Sequence record: OL451225.1
DNA length: 64,000 nucleotides
Source of the DNA: Escherichia phage P896
Reading direction: 5' to 3' (one strand)
A model generated the notes under the pieces. The model was not told where the DNA came from. It did no database searches and worked only from the letters and a program-made list of their open reading frames with translations. The position numbers were made by a program, and so were the translations under genes. Of this stretch, positions 52,158-60,720 are shown in pieces; the stretch's first letter is position 1; each line of letters begins with the position of its first letter.

Positions 52158-52158
52158 A

Positions 52159-54393
52159 TTATTCCTTATTGGTCGCTTCCACGGCCTTCATGATTTGAGC
52201 AACGTTCTGCACTTGTTCAGTTGACATGGCGTTACGGTTATATAAAAAGTGTGAAACAATCGGGTGATTCTTTTCAAATTCAAAAACCATTTTATCGCTT
52301 GTTACCGAAGCGTTTTTGGTCAGGTCGTCATAAATCTTATTACAAAGGACCAGCGTTTCCTGCATGGTCTTATCAACCGTTCCACTGTTATATGCGTTAT
52401 AGGCAAAGAACTTATTGAACTGCATTAGTTCGGCATAGTCAGTATTCACATCTTTCTGAACATCTTTCGCATAAAAATACTTGAACATAAAATTCAGTTC
52501 TGCATATTCAGACAGGATAGGAATATAATAACGCGAACGGCTTGAAGCGGCAATGTACTGGTCCGCATCAACCGCATCAATCAATTCCACATAACGATTG
52601 ACTGCAGCTTCAATCAAACAATCACACTGTGCCAGCTTGGTAACCTTTTTCTGAAGCTGTGGACGAATAACACAGAATTCATTGATTTCCAACAGGTTTG
52701 CCAGTTTACACAATGTCTGGGTCCCGAAGGTCGTGGTGCCATATTCTTGATTCAACGGGGAAATGCTACTGCGGTTAATGAATACAGCATAACCATCGAT
52801 TTCCTCTGCATCAGCTGCACATGTAAATTCTTCAACAGACTGCCATTTGCCGTTGGTTTTAGTCCAACGAATCAATGATGGAGTCTTTGACTTAACGCGC
52901 GCTTTCGGGTCGGCAACCGGAATCCAGTCTTTTACAAGGGCAATCAGTTCAGACGTACGATAGATATTAACCGTATCGCCTTCAAATCGTTCCTGGAGTT
53001 GAACCATCAACCGTGTTTGAATTTCGCTGGTTGGGTCAACGAACAATAGACTACTACCTTGTACAGTCGGAACTTTACCAGATGCTTTGAGCTTTTTGGC
53101 TTTCGCGCTGGTGTCATACAGCATTGAACTGATACCACGAATCATCGCAATTCGCCCTTTAGCATCGTCAATAACAATATTCAAGGTATCATTATGAATA
53201 CCAAACATGCTTGTCAGGCTTGCAGTATTCGTGTTCGAGCTTGAGTTGCGCAGACGTTTCAGACGAGTAGTGCTATAGATATCATAGACAACCCCGGCAT
53301 TAACAAGGTCTTTGTCCAGCTCGAACATTTCGTACATCTGGTTAAAAGTCAATTGTGATTTTGTAAATTTCGTTTCAGCATTACGAGCTTTCAGAAAATT
53401 ACGAGCTTCATAATTCAAACTCTGCAATTCGCGATACGTATGGCGGATGCATTCTGATTCCTGCCATTTCTTACAATCATCTTCCATGACCTTCTTATCA
53501 AGGGATTCAATACGTTCAACGATATTTGCGACCGTACGTTTGTCCAGTGATAATGCTTCGCGAGAAGGTGCAATATCCAACGAACCCATCGGGAACTTAA
53601 TAAAGACAACATCATTTTTGGCAGTCATCCAGGTTTTCTTTGTATAACCGTCACCAATCGGATAAACAATACCACCGTAAATTGCATAAAGTCCATAACG
53701 TTCTGGACTGCTATAATTAATACGCGCTGGAGCATAATAATCATCAAATTCCGGGAAGTATTCAATTTCGCCAGCGCCTTGCACTTCAGCCAGCCCGGCA
53801 AATGGACGCATGATATATGCAATCTCGTGGCGGAACTTACCGAAATCATTACTATCAACCGGGACAACAACTTCAATCCCTGTGCGGTCACCAGGTTTCA
53901 TTGGTTCGCTAAAGGTTGGCTTAATCTGTGGACCATCGCCATCCATATAAGCGACATAACCATTAACTTGTCCATCATGATATGAAATCAGGCTAAACGT
54001 CTCTGTATAACTGAACGGAGATTTAGAACCCAGGCCAAAGCCACCAATAAAATCGTTGGATTCAGCCTTGGATGATGCAAAGAAACTGTTATACAGACCT
54101 GGAGTATTTTCATCACCACGAATCTGGAAATCACTCATACCCGGACCAAAGTCACGACATACAAAACGTGGGTCCAGTTCACCAGGAGCTTGCACAATGA
54201 ATTTATCCTGACAGCCATTGAGCATATGAGCATCAATCATATTGGTAATCAGCTCACGAACAACTGCGCGCACCTTATTTGTGTAAAGGTCGCTGGTCAG
54301 AATCTTAAACACCTTTGGAGATGCCTGGATTGTGAATGCTGACGCCTTGGCACCATTACCAAGGATTGTTTCCTTTTCAGTTTCTAAAATCAT
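52159..54393 (-). CDS. rIIA: Rapid-lysis protein rIIA (GHKL-type ATPase fold)
   Basis: 744 aa (T4 is 725 aa); N-terminus ...EKETILGNG.K..AF.I.ASPKVFKIL.SDLYTNK.RAVVRELITNMIDAH.LNG...RFVCRDFGPGMSDF...GGFGLGSKSPFSYT as in T4 rIIA. Confidence 0.9.
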   Translation of the reverse strand: MILETEKETILGNGAKASAFTIQASPKVFKILTSDLYTNKVRAVVRELITNMIDAHMLNGCQDKFIVQAPGELDPRFVCRDFGPGMSDFQIRGDENTPGLYNSFFASSKAESNDFIGGFGLGSKSPFSYTETFSLISYHDGQVNGYVAYMDGDGPQIKPTFSEPMKPGDRTGIEVVVPVDSNDFGKFRHEIAYIMRPFAGLAEVQGAGEIEYFPEFDDYYAPARINYSSPERYGLYAIYGGIVYPIGDGYTKKTWMTAKNDVVFIKFPMGSLDIAPSREALSLDKRTVANIVERIESLDKKVMEDDCKKWQESECIRHTYRELQSLNYEARNFLKARNAETKFTKSQLTFNQMYEMFELDKDLVNAGVVYDIYSTTRLKRLRNSSSNTNTASLTSMFGIHNDTLNIVIDDAKGRIAMIRGISSMLYDTSAKAKKLKASGKVPTVQGSSLLFVDPTSEIQTRLMVQLQERFEGDTVNIYRTSELIALVKDWIPVADPKARVKSKTPSLIRWTKTNGKWQSVEEFTCAADAEEIDGYAVFINRSSISPLNQEYGTTTFGTQTLCKLANLLEINEFCVIRPQLQKKVTKLAQCDCLIEAAVNRYVELIDAVDADQYIAASSRSRYYIPILSEYAELNFMFKYFYAKDVQKDVNTDYAELMQFNKFFAYNAYNSGTVDKTMQETLVLCNKIYDDLTKNASVTSDKMVFEFEKNHPIVSHFLYNRNAMSTEQVQNVAQIMKAVEATNKE

Positions 54394-54400
54394 GTTTTTC

Positions 54401-54610
54401 TCACTTTATGTTACGTTTGATTAATTCTGCAACTTCAAGAAGTTCATCCTTTGTTGCGGTGTCTGAAGCTATTTTATTACGGATTTCTTTGAAGCGTTCT
54501 TTAAACTCTTCGGCTTCTCTTATATCAAAAAATCGTTGGATAACGCGGTATTCTTTATGAACAGCTTTATCAAACAGCTCCATATTAACTTTGAAGTTCG
54601 TCATTTCCAA
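54401..54610 (-). CDS. Hypothetical protein (rIIA.1-like position)
   Basis: 69-aa ORF. Confidence 0.45.
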   Translation of the reverse strand: MEMTNFKVNMELFDKAVHKEYRVIQRFFDIREAEEFKERFKEIRNKIASDTATKDELLEVAELIKRNIK

Positions 54611-54869
54611 TCTCCTGTAATATTTTTCTCATACTACGCATGGTAGCTTTATGTTCTTGGTCATGGTATATCAATGCAAGGAGTGCTTCAATTCGCTCCT
54701 CAGGGACCTTCTGGCCAGCCTTAATACTCATGGCTGTTGTTCTTACAGCTAATAAGTAACTTCGCTTCCTGTCGCTGTCTGGGAGCTCCTGCACCTTCCT
54801 CAGACCAGCTTCCATAATACAACGAGCAACATTTTGCAGATTAACTAAACTTCCGTCAGACATAATCAT
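54585..54869 (-). CDS. Hypothetical protein
   Basis: 94-aa ORF with GAGGTGA Shine-Dalgarno. Confidence 0.45.
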   Translation of the reverse strand: MIMSDGSLVNLQNVARCIMEAGLRKVQELPDSDRKRSYLLAVRTTAMSIKAGQKVPEERIEALLALIYHDQEHKATMRSMRKILQEIGNDELQS

Positions 54870-54886
54870 ATTTTCACCTCAAAGAC

Positions 54887-54918
54887 ATCTTAACACACTT
54901 TTTGTGGCTTGTACATAA
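54887..54918 (-). promoter_or_regulatory. Early-type promoter variant (TGTACA -35, TAAGAT -10)
   Basis: Minus strand TGTACAAGCC-N-GTTAAGATG; same architecture as the promoter at 63849-63880. Confidence 0.35.
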
Positions 54919-54944
54919 TAAAAAGGTCTCCCGAAGGAGACCAA
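54918..54944 (-). terminator. Intrinsic terminator
   Basis: Minus-strand GGUCUCC-UUCG-GGAGACC followed by UUUUUAUUAU. Confidence 0.65.
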
Positions 54945-54947
54945 ATT

Positions 54948-55100
54948 TTATTCTACTTTATAGACCTGACCATACGCCATGAAAGTTTCACCTTCCCAGG
55001 TTTCGCACGTGATTGTCACAAATTCTGCAAACAAAGGTTTTTTCTCTGCCCAGAGAAAACCATATTCACCGGTAGCGAGTGTAATCCAGTATTTAGTCAT
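54948..55100 (-). CDS. Small hypothetical protein (50 aa) with late promoter
   Basis: AGGAGACAAU Shine-Dalgarno before MTKYWITL...; the track ORF is extended upstream into the promoter and the topoisomerase stop. Confidence 0.4.
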   Translation of the reverse strand: MTKYWITLATGEYGFLWAEKKPLFAEFVTITCETWEGETFMAYGQVYKVE

Positions 55101-55137
55101 ATTGTCTCCTAGTAGCGGGAGAATATTCTCCCACATC

Positions 55138-55145
55138 TATTTATA
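55138..55145 (-). promoter_or_regulatory. T4 late promoter (TATAAATA) overlapping the gene 39 stop codon
   Basis: Exact TATAAATA on the minus strand, about 37 nt upstream of the ATG at 55100. Confidence 0.45.
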
Positions 55146-56973
55146 GCGTCGCATTCATCCAATCTTTACGCTGTTGGGAATCTTTACCGAATAGCATTTC
55201 GAACAGTTCTTTCCAGTTATCAGGCAATTGAACAACTTCGAATACCGGCTCGAGCAATACGCGTTTGTACTCAGAATCTTCCAAAGAACCAAGCCCCTTG
55301 ATATATCGGATGGTGTGCTTCGGAAGTTTATCCTTAGCTTCTTCATAGTCAGGAAGAGAATAGAACCATTCTTGTTTGTCTTTGAGCTGCGCAATAATAA
55401 CAGGAGTTTTCACAAAGCGAATTCGTCCTTCATGGAACAGCTCTGGCCAGTTACTGAAAAACGCCAATAACGATGGATAGATACTACCGACACCATCCAC
55501 ATCCGCATCTGTCATGATAGCAATGTTTCGGTAATTCATATTCTTGGCCGGTTGTCCAATCGTTAACCCAGTAATTGCACACACATCAAAGGCTTCAGCG
55601 TTCTTCATAACTTCAACAGCTTTCAGACCCCATGTGTTTTTAAACTTACCACGTAATGGATAAGCACCTTGCAATTCACGGTCGCGAACCTTAATAAATG
55701 GCCCTGTTGCAGAATCACCTTCGGTCAGGAACAGAGTCGTTTCCAACTTATCATTGCCCCATTCGTTGGCTTTGATATGCTTTTGTACCTTGGCCTTTGA
55801 AGCTTTCTTATTTGCTTTAGTCTCTGCTGCTTTCTCTGCAGCCAATTTACGGGCTAATGCAGCTTCAACAATCGGCATAATCAGCGGTTCATTTTTCAGA
55901 ATAGCTTGTGCGATTTTCTTGGCATCAATCTTGATGTGATTTCGAATTTCACCGGCCGGAGAAGTCAATCGCTCCTTAGTCTGGGAATCAAATCGCATAT
56001 TGCTCATATCGCGGATGAACATAAGCATGGTGAGGCATTCTTTAACTCGTGCCTTGGTCACCTCAATGCCTTTATATTTGCGCTTAATCGCTGGTTGAAG
56101 ATGTTCGCAGATATCATCCATAACACATTCAACGTGGTGCCCGCCATTCTTTGTATGAATGTTGTTGACATAAGTCAACTGACGAAAACCATCCGGGCTA
56201 GTCGTAAAGGCCATCGATACCGTATCAGTTTCCTGGATAACAACTTCGGTTCCAAATTGCTTGGAGAACTTCTTGAAGTTGCCATCAACCTTTTTACCAT
56301 TAAAGGTAAACTGAATATCCGGATAAACAACTGCAAGAGTCTGTAGACGGTCCAATGTAATATCCAGATAAATCTGGGACAGACTATTTTCTTCAAAGTG
56401 ACTAAAGTCTGGAATAAATATAACAGTCGTACCTTTACCCTTTGATTTCTTAGTCGACCAACATTTGTTTTCCATACCGTTGGAGCAGTTAACAGTGATT
56501 TCATTTGCACCATCAGCGGTAATCCCGGTGAACAATACAGAGAAAATATTAGTCAGAGAAGACCCGACGCCATTCATCCCGCCAGTTTTACGTTCAGCAT
56601 CATCGCCAAAGTTGCCACCTGCTTTTGGAATAGTCCATGCTGCAACAGGGCCAGGGATTTGTTCACCGTTTTGGTCTGTAACCATTGCTTGTGGAATACC
56701 ACGGCCATTATCAGAAACCGAAATCTGATTATCTTTAATTTGGACATCAATTTTATTGGCAAATTTAAAACTGGTGCGAATTGCTTCATCAACAGAGTTA
56801 TCGATAATTTCATCAATCAGTTTTACAATACCAGGAACATAGCTTACGGACTTATATTCACCAAACAAGAATCGCTCATGCGCTTCATTTGAACTGGAAC
56901 CAATATACATCCCGGAACGTTTTTTGATATGCTCGACGTCCGAGAGTACTTTAATTTCATTATTAATCATCAT
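55141..56973 (-). CDS. 39: DNA topoisomerase II large subunit (GyrB-like), single uninterrupted ORF covering the gene 39 + gene 60 equivalent
   Basis: 610 aa continuous ORF with GHKL ATPase motifs (...DNGRGIP..., GGMNGVGSS...) and a Toprim region; no separate gene 60 and no mobA between it and rIIA. Confidence 0.85.
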   Translation of the reverse strand: MMINNEIKVLSDVEHIKKRSGMYIGSSSNEAHERFLFGEYKSVSYVPGIVKLIDEIIDNSVDEAIRTSFKFANKIDVQIKDNQISVSDNGRGIPQAMVTDQNGEQIPGPVAAWTIPKAGGNFGDDAERKTGGMNGVGSSLTNIFSVLFTGITADGANEITVNCSNGMENKCWSTKKSKGKGTTVIFIPDFSHFEENSLSQIYLDITLDRLQTLAVVYPDIQFTFNGKKVDGNFKKFSKQFGTEVVIQETDTVSMAFTTSPDGFRQLTYVNNIHTKNGGHHVECVMDDICEHLQPAIKRKYKGIEVTKARVKECLTMLMFIRDMSNMRFDSQTKERLTSPAGEIRNHIKIDAKKIAQAILKNEPLIMPIVEAALARKLAAEKAAETKANKKASKAKVQKHIKANEWGNDKLETTLFLTEGDSATGPFIKVRDRELQGAYPLRGKFKNTWGLKAVEVMKNAEAFDVCAITGLTIGQPAKNMNYRNIAIMTDADVDGVGSIYPSLLAFFSNWPELFHEGRIRFVKTPVIIAQLKDKQEWFYSLPDYEEAKDKLPKHTIRYIKGLGSLEDSEYKRVLLEPVFEVVQLPDNWKELFEMLFGKDSQQRKDWMNATL

Positions 56974-56995
56974 CTTTCCTCTTGTGTATGGAGGT

Positions 56996-57022
56996 ATTAT
57001 AAGTCACATATTTTAAAGCAAA
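56996..57022 (-). promoter_or_regulatory. MotA-dependent middle promoter candidate for gene 39
   Basis: Minus strand tTTGCTTTA (MotA box), 12 nt, then TATAAT, about 25 nt upstream of the gene 39 ATG. Confidence 0.45.
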
Positions 57023-57040
57023 AAGGCCCGAAGGCCTTAT
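57019..57040 (-). terminator. Intrinsic terminator after the lipoprotein gene
   Basis: Minus-strand AAGGCC-UUCG-GGCCUU followed by a U-run; overlaps the upstream stop codon. Confidence 0.5.
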
Positions 57041-57297
57041 TCAAATCGGATGGTACTGTTCTTGAACAATAATCCAGAACAAACAGTTCCTTCAACTTTC
57101 TTACCAGTTGGCCCCACGGCTGTAAAACCTGTGTGTTGAAAATCATCTTTACCACAAGAGAACCAGTTATATCCGGTGATTTGGATTTGCTCATAGCCGT
57201 TTGCATCTAATACCCGAATGGCATTATCTGCATCAGTACAACCTGCCAATGAAACCGCCAGCACCAGCGCGGCAATAGAACGATTAATGTATTTCAT
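57037..57297 (-). CDS. Small secreted lipoprotein (86 aa)
   Basis: Signal peptide with lipobox LAGC (MKYINRSIAALVLAVSLAGCTD...); two further Cys residues in the mature part. Confidence 0.55.
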   Translation of the reverse strand: MKYINRSIAALVLAVSLAGCTDADNAIRVLDANGYEQIQITGYNWFSCGKDDFQHTGFTAVGPTGKKVEGTVCSGLLFKNSTIRFE

Positions 57298-57303
57298 AAT
57301 TTC

Positions 57304-57480
57304 TCACTTAGTCAGCAGGTCATAGAACCCGCCGTTAACATGTTTAGGAGCTGAAACTAACCGAACAGCCAGCCGATGGCAATCAGGACAAACATCATTA
57401 TCTCTTTCAGAGATTTTCTTGATTTTTTCGTATTCTTTCGCGCAGTCTTCGGATTGGCATTTGTAGTCATAAAGTGGCAT
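57304..57480 (-). CDS. Zinc-ribbon protein (58 aa, FmdB-like CxxxxC...CPxC)
   Basis: Hand-translated: MPLYDYKCQSEDCAKEYEKIKKISERDNDVCPDCHRLAVRLVSAPKHVNGGFYDLLTK. Confidence 0.5.
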   Translation of the reverse strand: MPLYDYKCQSEDCAKEYEKIKKISERDNDVCPDCHRLAVRLVSAPKHVNGGFYDLLTK

Positions 57481-57481
57481 G

Positions 57482-57856
57482 TTATTCCTTAAAGTGTGCT
57501 TTCAACATCTGGTAAACGGTCCAGGCTTCAGAGTTATTAGAAATGGTGATTTTAGTCAAAGGGAATTCGCTTGGTTCAAATGCTTCATCAGCGTCTTCGC
57601 ATTCGTCTTCAGTATCGTCATCTTTTTCTTCTTCAAAGAAACGACGCTCATCTTCCTTTATGAATATTCTCTCCATTCCACCGGTCGAAAATTCTATCCG
57701 ATATACATCACCGCCTTCAATTCCGACTGGTCTAAATCCTTCACCATTGATTATAGCATCAGCTATATTATCATTATCAGAGCATAACAAACGAAATCTG
57801 CTTTCAGCAACATTATCTTTAAAATAATACCATTTATCAGTTTCAAATTTCAACAT
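57482..57856 (-). CDS. Hypothetical acidic protein (start at internal ATG)
   Basis: AAGGAG Shine-Dalgarno before MLKFETDKWYY...; acidic C-terminal stretch EEEKDDDTEDECEDADE. Confidence 0.45.
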   Translation of the reverse strand: MLKFETDKWYYFKDNVAESRFRLLCSDNDNIADAIINGEGFRPVGIEGGDVYRIEFSTGGMERIFIKEDERRFFEEEKDDDTEDECEDADEAFEPSEFPLTKITISNNSEAWTVYQMLKAHFKE

Positions 57857-58073
57857 GATAAGTCTCCTTCCAAAAATCTGTACCATCTTCTGATTCTTCG
57901 CGGAACAGTGCATAGCTAGGTAATTCCGCACCTTCATACGCATACACATAAATGATATCAGTGGTGCAAAGAAATTCATTGATGTTTTTCTTCACAATCA
58001 CTTTATCACTTTCAGCGGTTTCCCAGAACTCTTCAGCGGTCAGGGAAGTGGTCACACAATCTTCATTAAACAT
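57843..58073 (-). CDS. Hypothetical protein
   Basis: 76-aa acidic ORF. Confidence 0.45.
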   Translation of the reverse strand: MFNEDCVTTSLTAEEFWETAESDKVIVKKNINEFLCTTDIIYVYAYEGAELPSYALFREESEDGTDFWKETYHVEI

Positions 58074-58120
58074 AATATTCTCCTCATTGATAGGGCAAAT
58101 TACCCTATCATTTTTATAAT

Positions 58121-58612
58121 TTAGGCAAAATGAATATCAGCATACTCAACGATAAAGCTTTCAGGAACAACCTTAAAGGTTCCAAGGAACACAATATTAT
58201 ACAATTTAACCCCTTCTTCAACCCACTGGTCGGTGATGTAACCGGACATACTAGTGGTTTCATAAGTCGGACCATACATGCAATTGTATTCAAACGGTTT
58301 AGGTGAAACAAAAAAGACACCTTTGCCCAATTTCCATTTAAAATCAACCCCAACATGAGACTGGTCAATGGTTTCAACGTCTTCGGCCACAGGAGCGATG
58401 TACCCAGTAAATTCGGTTGATTCCAGGAATTTAGGATGCACATAAGCCAATTGAGTTTCAGTCTGACCATGTTTAGGAATAATACGCACTTTAACTTCTT
58501 TAATTCCGCCTACTAAATTAGTGCGAAGACTCACAACCTCAACAAAACGACCAGCCGCTTTAGAACGAGATTCTTTAGAAACACGTACAATATCACCAGC
58601 TTCAACTTTCAT
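58121..58612 (-). CDS. Hypothetical protein (MotB-sized, 163 aa), paralog of the next gene
   Basis: C-terminus YITDQWVEEGVKLYNIVFLGTFKVVPESFIVE is homologous to the C-terminus of 58689..59444; size and position resemble T4 motB. Confidence 0.45.
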   Translation of the reverse strand: MKVEAGDIVRVSKESRSKAAGRFVEVVSLRTNLVGGIKEVKVRIIPKHGQTETQLAYVHPKFLESTEFTGYIAPVAEDVETIDQSHVGVDFKWKLGKGVFFVSPKPFEYNCMYGPTYETTSMSGYITDQWVEEGVKLYNIVFLGTFKVVPESFIVEYADIHFA

Positions 58613-58654
58613 AATTTTCTCTCTTGGTTAATAAATTTATTCTCCAGTGGGGTC

Positions 58655-58686
58655 ATTATACTCTGACCCCAAGAGTTTGTACACAA
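58655..58686 (-). promoter_or_regulatory. T4 early-type promoter with a palindrome around the -10
   Basis: Minus strand GTGTACAAAC-N-GGGGTCAGAGTATAATGACCCCAC; near-identical to the promoter at 48058-48090. Confidence 0.5.
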
Positions 58687-58688
58687 AT

Positions 58689-59444
58689 TTAATTAAAAAT
58701 TTCAACAACCATGGAACGTGGTACAACAGTAAATTCACCAGCATGGACAACGTTCAGGAGTTCAACACCATCTTCAATCCACTGGTCTGTTACCCAACCA
58801 CAAATGGAACTATTAAATGGACGTTTGATTTGAACTGGTTTGCACAACAAGTCAATAGGGTCACCCAGTTCGCTAACTTCTTTCAGCAGTACAGATTCAC
58901 GCGGATAAAGGATAGCTTCAAGATTGTCACCTGATTCATTGACTGCAGTAAATTCAAAGATGCTTTGGTGATTGTGGTACTTAACTGTTTTAACGGTAAA
59001 TGGAGTAAATCCAAAAATACCTTTTAGTACACGCCAACCAGCATGCATTGCAACGGTCTTTCCAAACTGACTGGCATCTTCAATAAGCTGATAGGTTTTA
59101 CCAACTTTGATAGGAGTTTCTTCAACTTCTTTGAAGAGTTCAATCTCAGCTTCATAAACCATAATTTTTTCTACTTCATTTGTATCAAGGCGACGTGCAT
59201 GTAGAATATATGCTTTATCAAACCAGTTACTTTTTACAAAAGTTTCAACAATAAATTCACCTTCGCCTAAAGCATCAGTCAGAGTATTATACCCAGAAAC
59301 CATAGCTGCATTTTGAATAATAGGTTCAATCAGTTGATAAGTTTTGTTAATTTCAATAGTCATATTTTGTTTCTCAAGTTTTAATGGTTTAATTGGGCGA
59401 ACATACATACTTACAACATCAAAGTCAATAAATTCTGGTTTCAT
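58689..59444 (-). CDS. Hypothetical protein with internal duplication, paralog of 58121..58612
   Basis: 251 aa; two internal KTYQLIE-containing repeats; C-terminus WVTDQWIEDGVELLNVVHAGEFTVVPRSMVVE. Confidence 0.5.
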   Translation of the reverse strand: MKPEFIDFDVVSMYVRPIKPLKLEKQNMTIEINKTYQLIEPIIQNAAMVSGYNTLTDALGEGEFIVETFVKSNWFDKAYILHARRLDTNEVEKIMVYEAEIELFKEVEETPIKVGKTYQLIEDASQFGKTVAMHAGWRVLKGIFGFTPFTVKTVKYHNHQSIFEFTAVNESGDNLEAILYPRESVLLKEVSELGDPIDLLCKPVQIKRPFNSSICGWVTDQWIEDGVELLNVVHAGEFTVVPRSMVVEIFN

Positions 59445-59749
59445 TATGCAACCTTATTGAACATCGCCAGTTGATTAGGTTGTACAACCATAATTTCACG
59501 ACGACCTTTTGTATTTGACACGTTCAGGTAGATGCCTTTGTTCATGTCTGTTTCTTTATCATATACCGCAATTTTATTGACAGTAAAGATTTTACCACGA
59601 ATATTTGCAAATGCACATTCAAACGCTTTAGTCAGACCTGCTTCAGCAGCTTGAAGAGCGGACATTTCATATTGTTGGCCAATTTCAAAAGAAGTAATCA
59701 TTTTGTTGTCCTCATCAGTAGTTGATGAGATGATTATGTCTCTTTCCAT
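59444..59749 (-). CDS. Hypothetical protein
   Basis: 101-aa ORF. Confidence 0.5.
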   Translation of the reverse strand: MERDIIISSTTDEDNKMITSFEIGQQYEMSALQAAEAGLTKAFECAFANIRGKIFTVNKIAVYDKETDMNKGIYLNVSNTKGRREIMVVQPNQLAMFNKVA

Positions 59750-59765
59750 TGGCCTTGTACACTAC
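59733..59765 (-). promoter_or_regulatory. T4 early-type promoter
   Basis: Minus strand AAAAAGTAGTGTACAAGG-N-CATAATCATCTCATCAACTAC. Confidence 0.5.
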
Positions 59766-59768
59766 TTT

Positions 59769-60452
59769 TTATCGTTTTTTCGGCAAAGATAATGGGTCTG
59801 CATCTTCTTCGGAAGGAACTTCATCTAAACCAAGGGCATAGCGCTGGGCATACTTCAACATCAAAATATCTTTCGCGCAGTCATGTACCGAATCGTGCGC
59901 CACGAATCCATCTAAAGTCCCCTTTGGTAATGGAGTTTCACACATTTTACGGACGAGTGACAGGGCTTCGATTGCTGTTCTGATATCTCGCTGGTTCCAG
60001 AATACAACCGGCTCCAGGTTATAGGTATTCAATTCGCGCTCAGGAATCCCCTCATTGCGCTGTAGGTCACGGATAAGGTCAACAAACAACGGGAAGTCAA
60101 AAGACATTCCACGACACCACATAAGGCTTTCGTATTTGTTAATTCCATTACCATTCAGATAATCAATTGCCTGTTGGATACCAGTTAAAGTATCAACATC
60201 TTGCGCAGAAGGGACCAGGTTAACACGTGCTTCTGCTGATTGCTTTTTCCACCAATCCATGGTTGTTGTATCGAACAGACGCTTACCTTTTTGGTATTCA
60301 AGGCTGAACTTGATACGTTTGCCGCGATTAACTAGGGTTTCGAATGATTCCACAATAGCAGGGTCAGATTCGAATGTAATCAGAGCCAGGTCAATAACGG
60401 CTCCCTTCGAGCCGTTTCCCAGAGTTTCAAAGTCAATAATAGCATCAATCAT
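59769..60452 (-). CDS. dexA: Exonuclease A (DEDD 3'-5' exonuclease)
   Basis: 227 aa, same as T4 DexA; N-terminal exo I motif IIDFETLG. Confidence 0.85.
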   Translation of the reverse strand: MIDAIIDFETLGNGSKGAVIDLALITFESDPAIVESFETLVNRGKRIKFSLEYQKGKRLFDTTTMDWWKKQSAEARVNLVPSAQDVDTLTGIQQAIDYLNGNGINKYESLMWCRGMSFDFPLFVDLIRDLQRNEGIPERELNTYNLEPVVFWNQRDIRTAIEALSLVRKMCETPLPKGTLDGFVAHDSVHDCAKDILMLKYAQRYALGLDEVPSEEDADPLSLPKKR

Positions 60453-60720
60453 CGCACATCTCTTTTAATTTCTGAATTTCACCAGCAACATAGTCGGAGA
60501 TAAAAATCCCTGGCTCTTCATTGTTAAAATATTCAATCGCGGCCATACGTTTCCGAATAAGATTCAGTTCCAGTAAAACGTAATTACCCTGCACGACGAT
60601 AGTCGGATTATCTTCGAAAAATTCAACCGCGTCCTGAATACCATAGATGAGATTATCTAAATCTTCTTTATGTACCTTATACATAATATGCGTCGTACCT
60701 CGCTCGTGTGATTCCAACAT
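60445..60720 (-). CDS. Hypothetical protein
   Basis: 91-aa ORF. Confidence 0.45.
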   Translation of the reverse strand: MLESHERGTTHIMYKVHKEDLDNLIYGIQDAVEFFEDNPTIVVQGNYVLLELNLIRKRMAAIEYFNNEEPGIFISDYVAGEIQKLKEMCDD

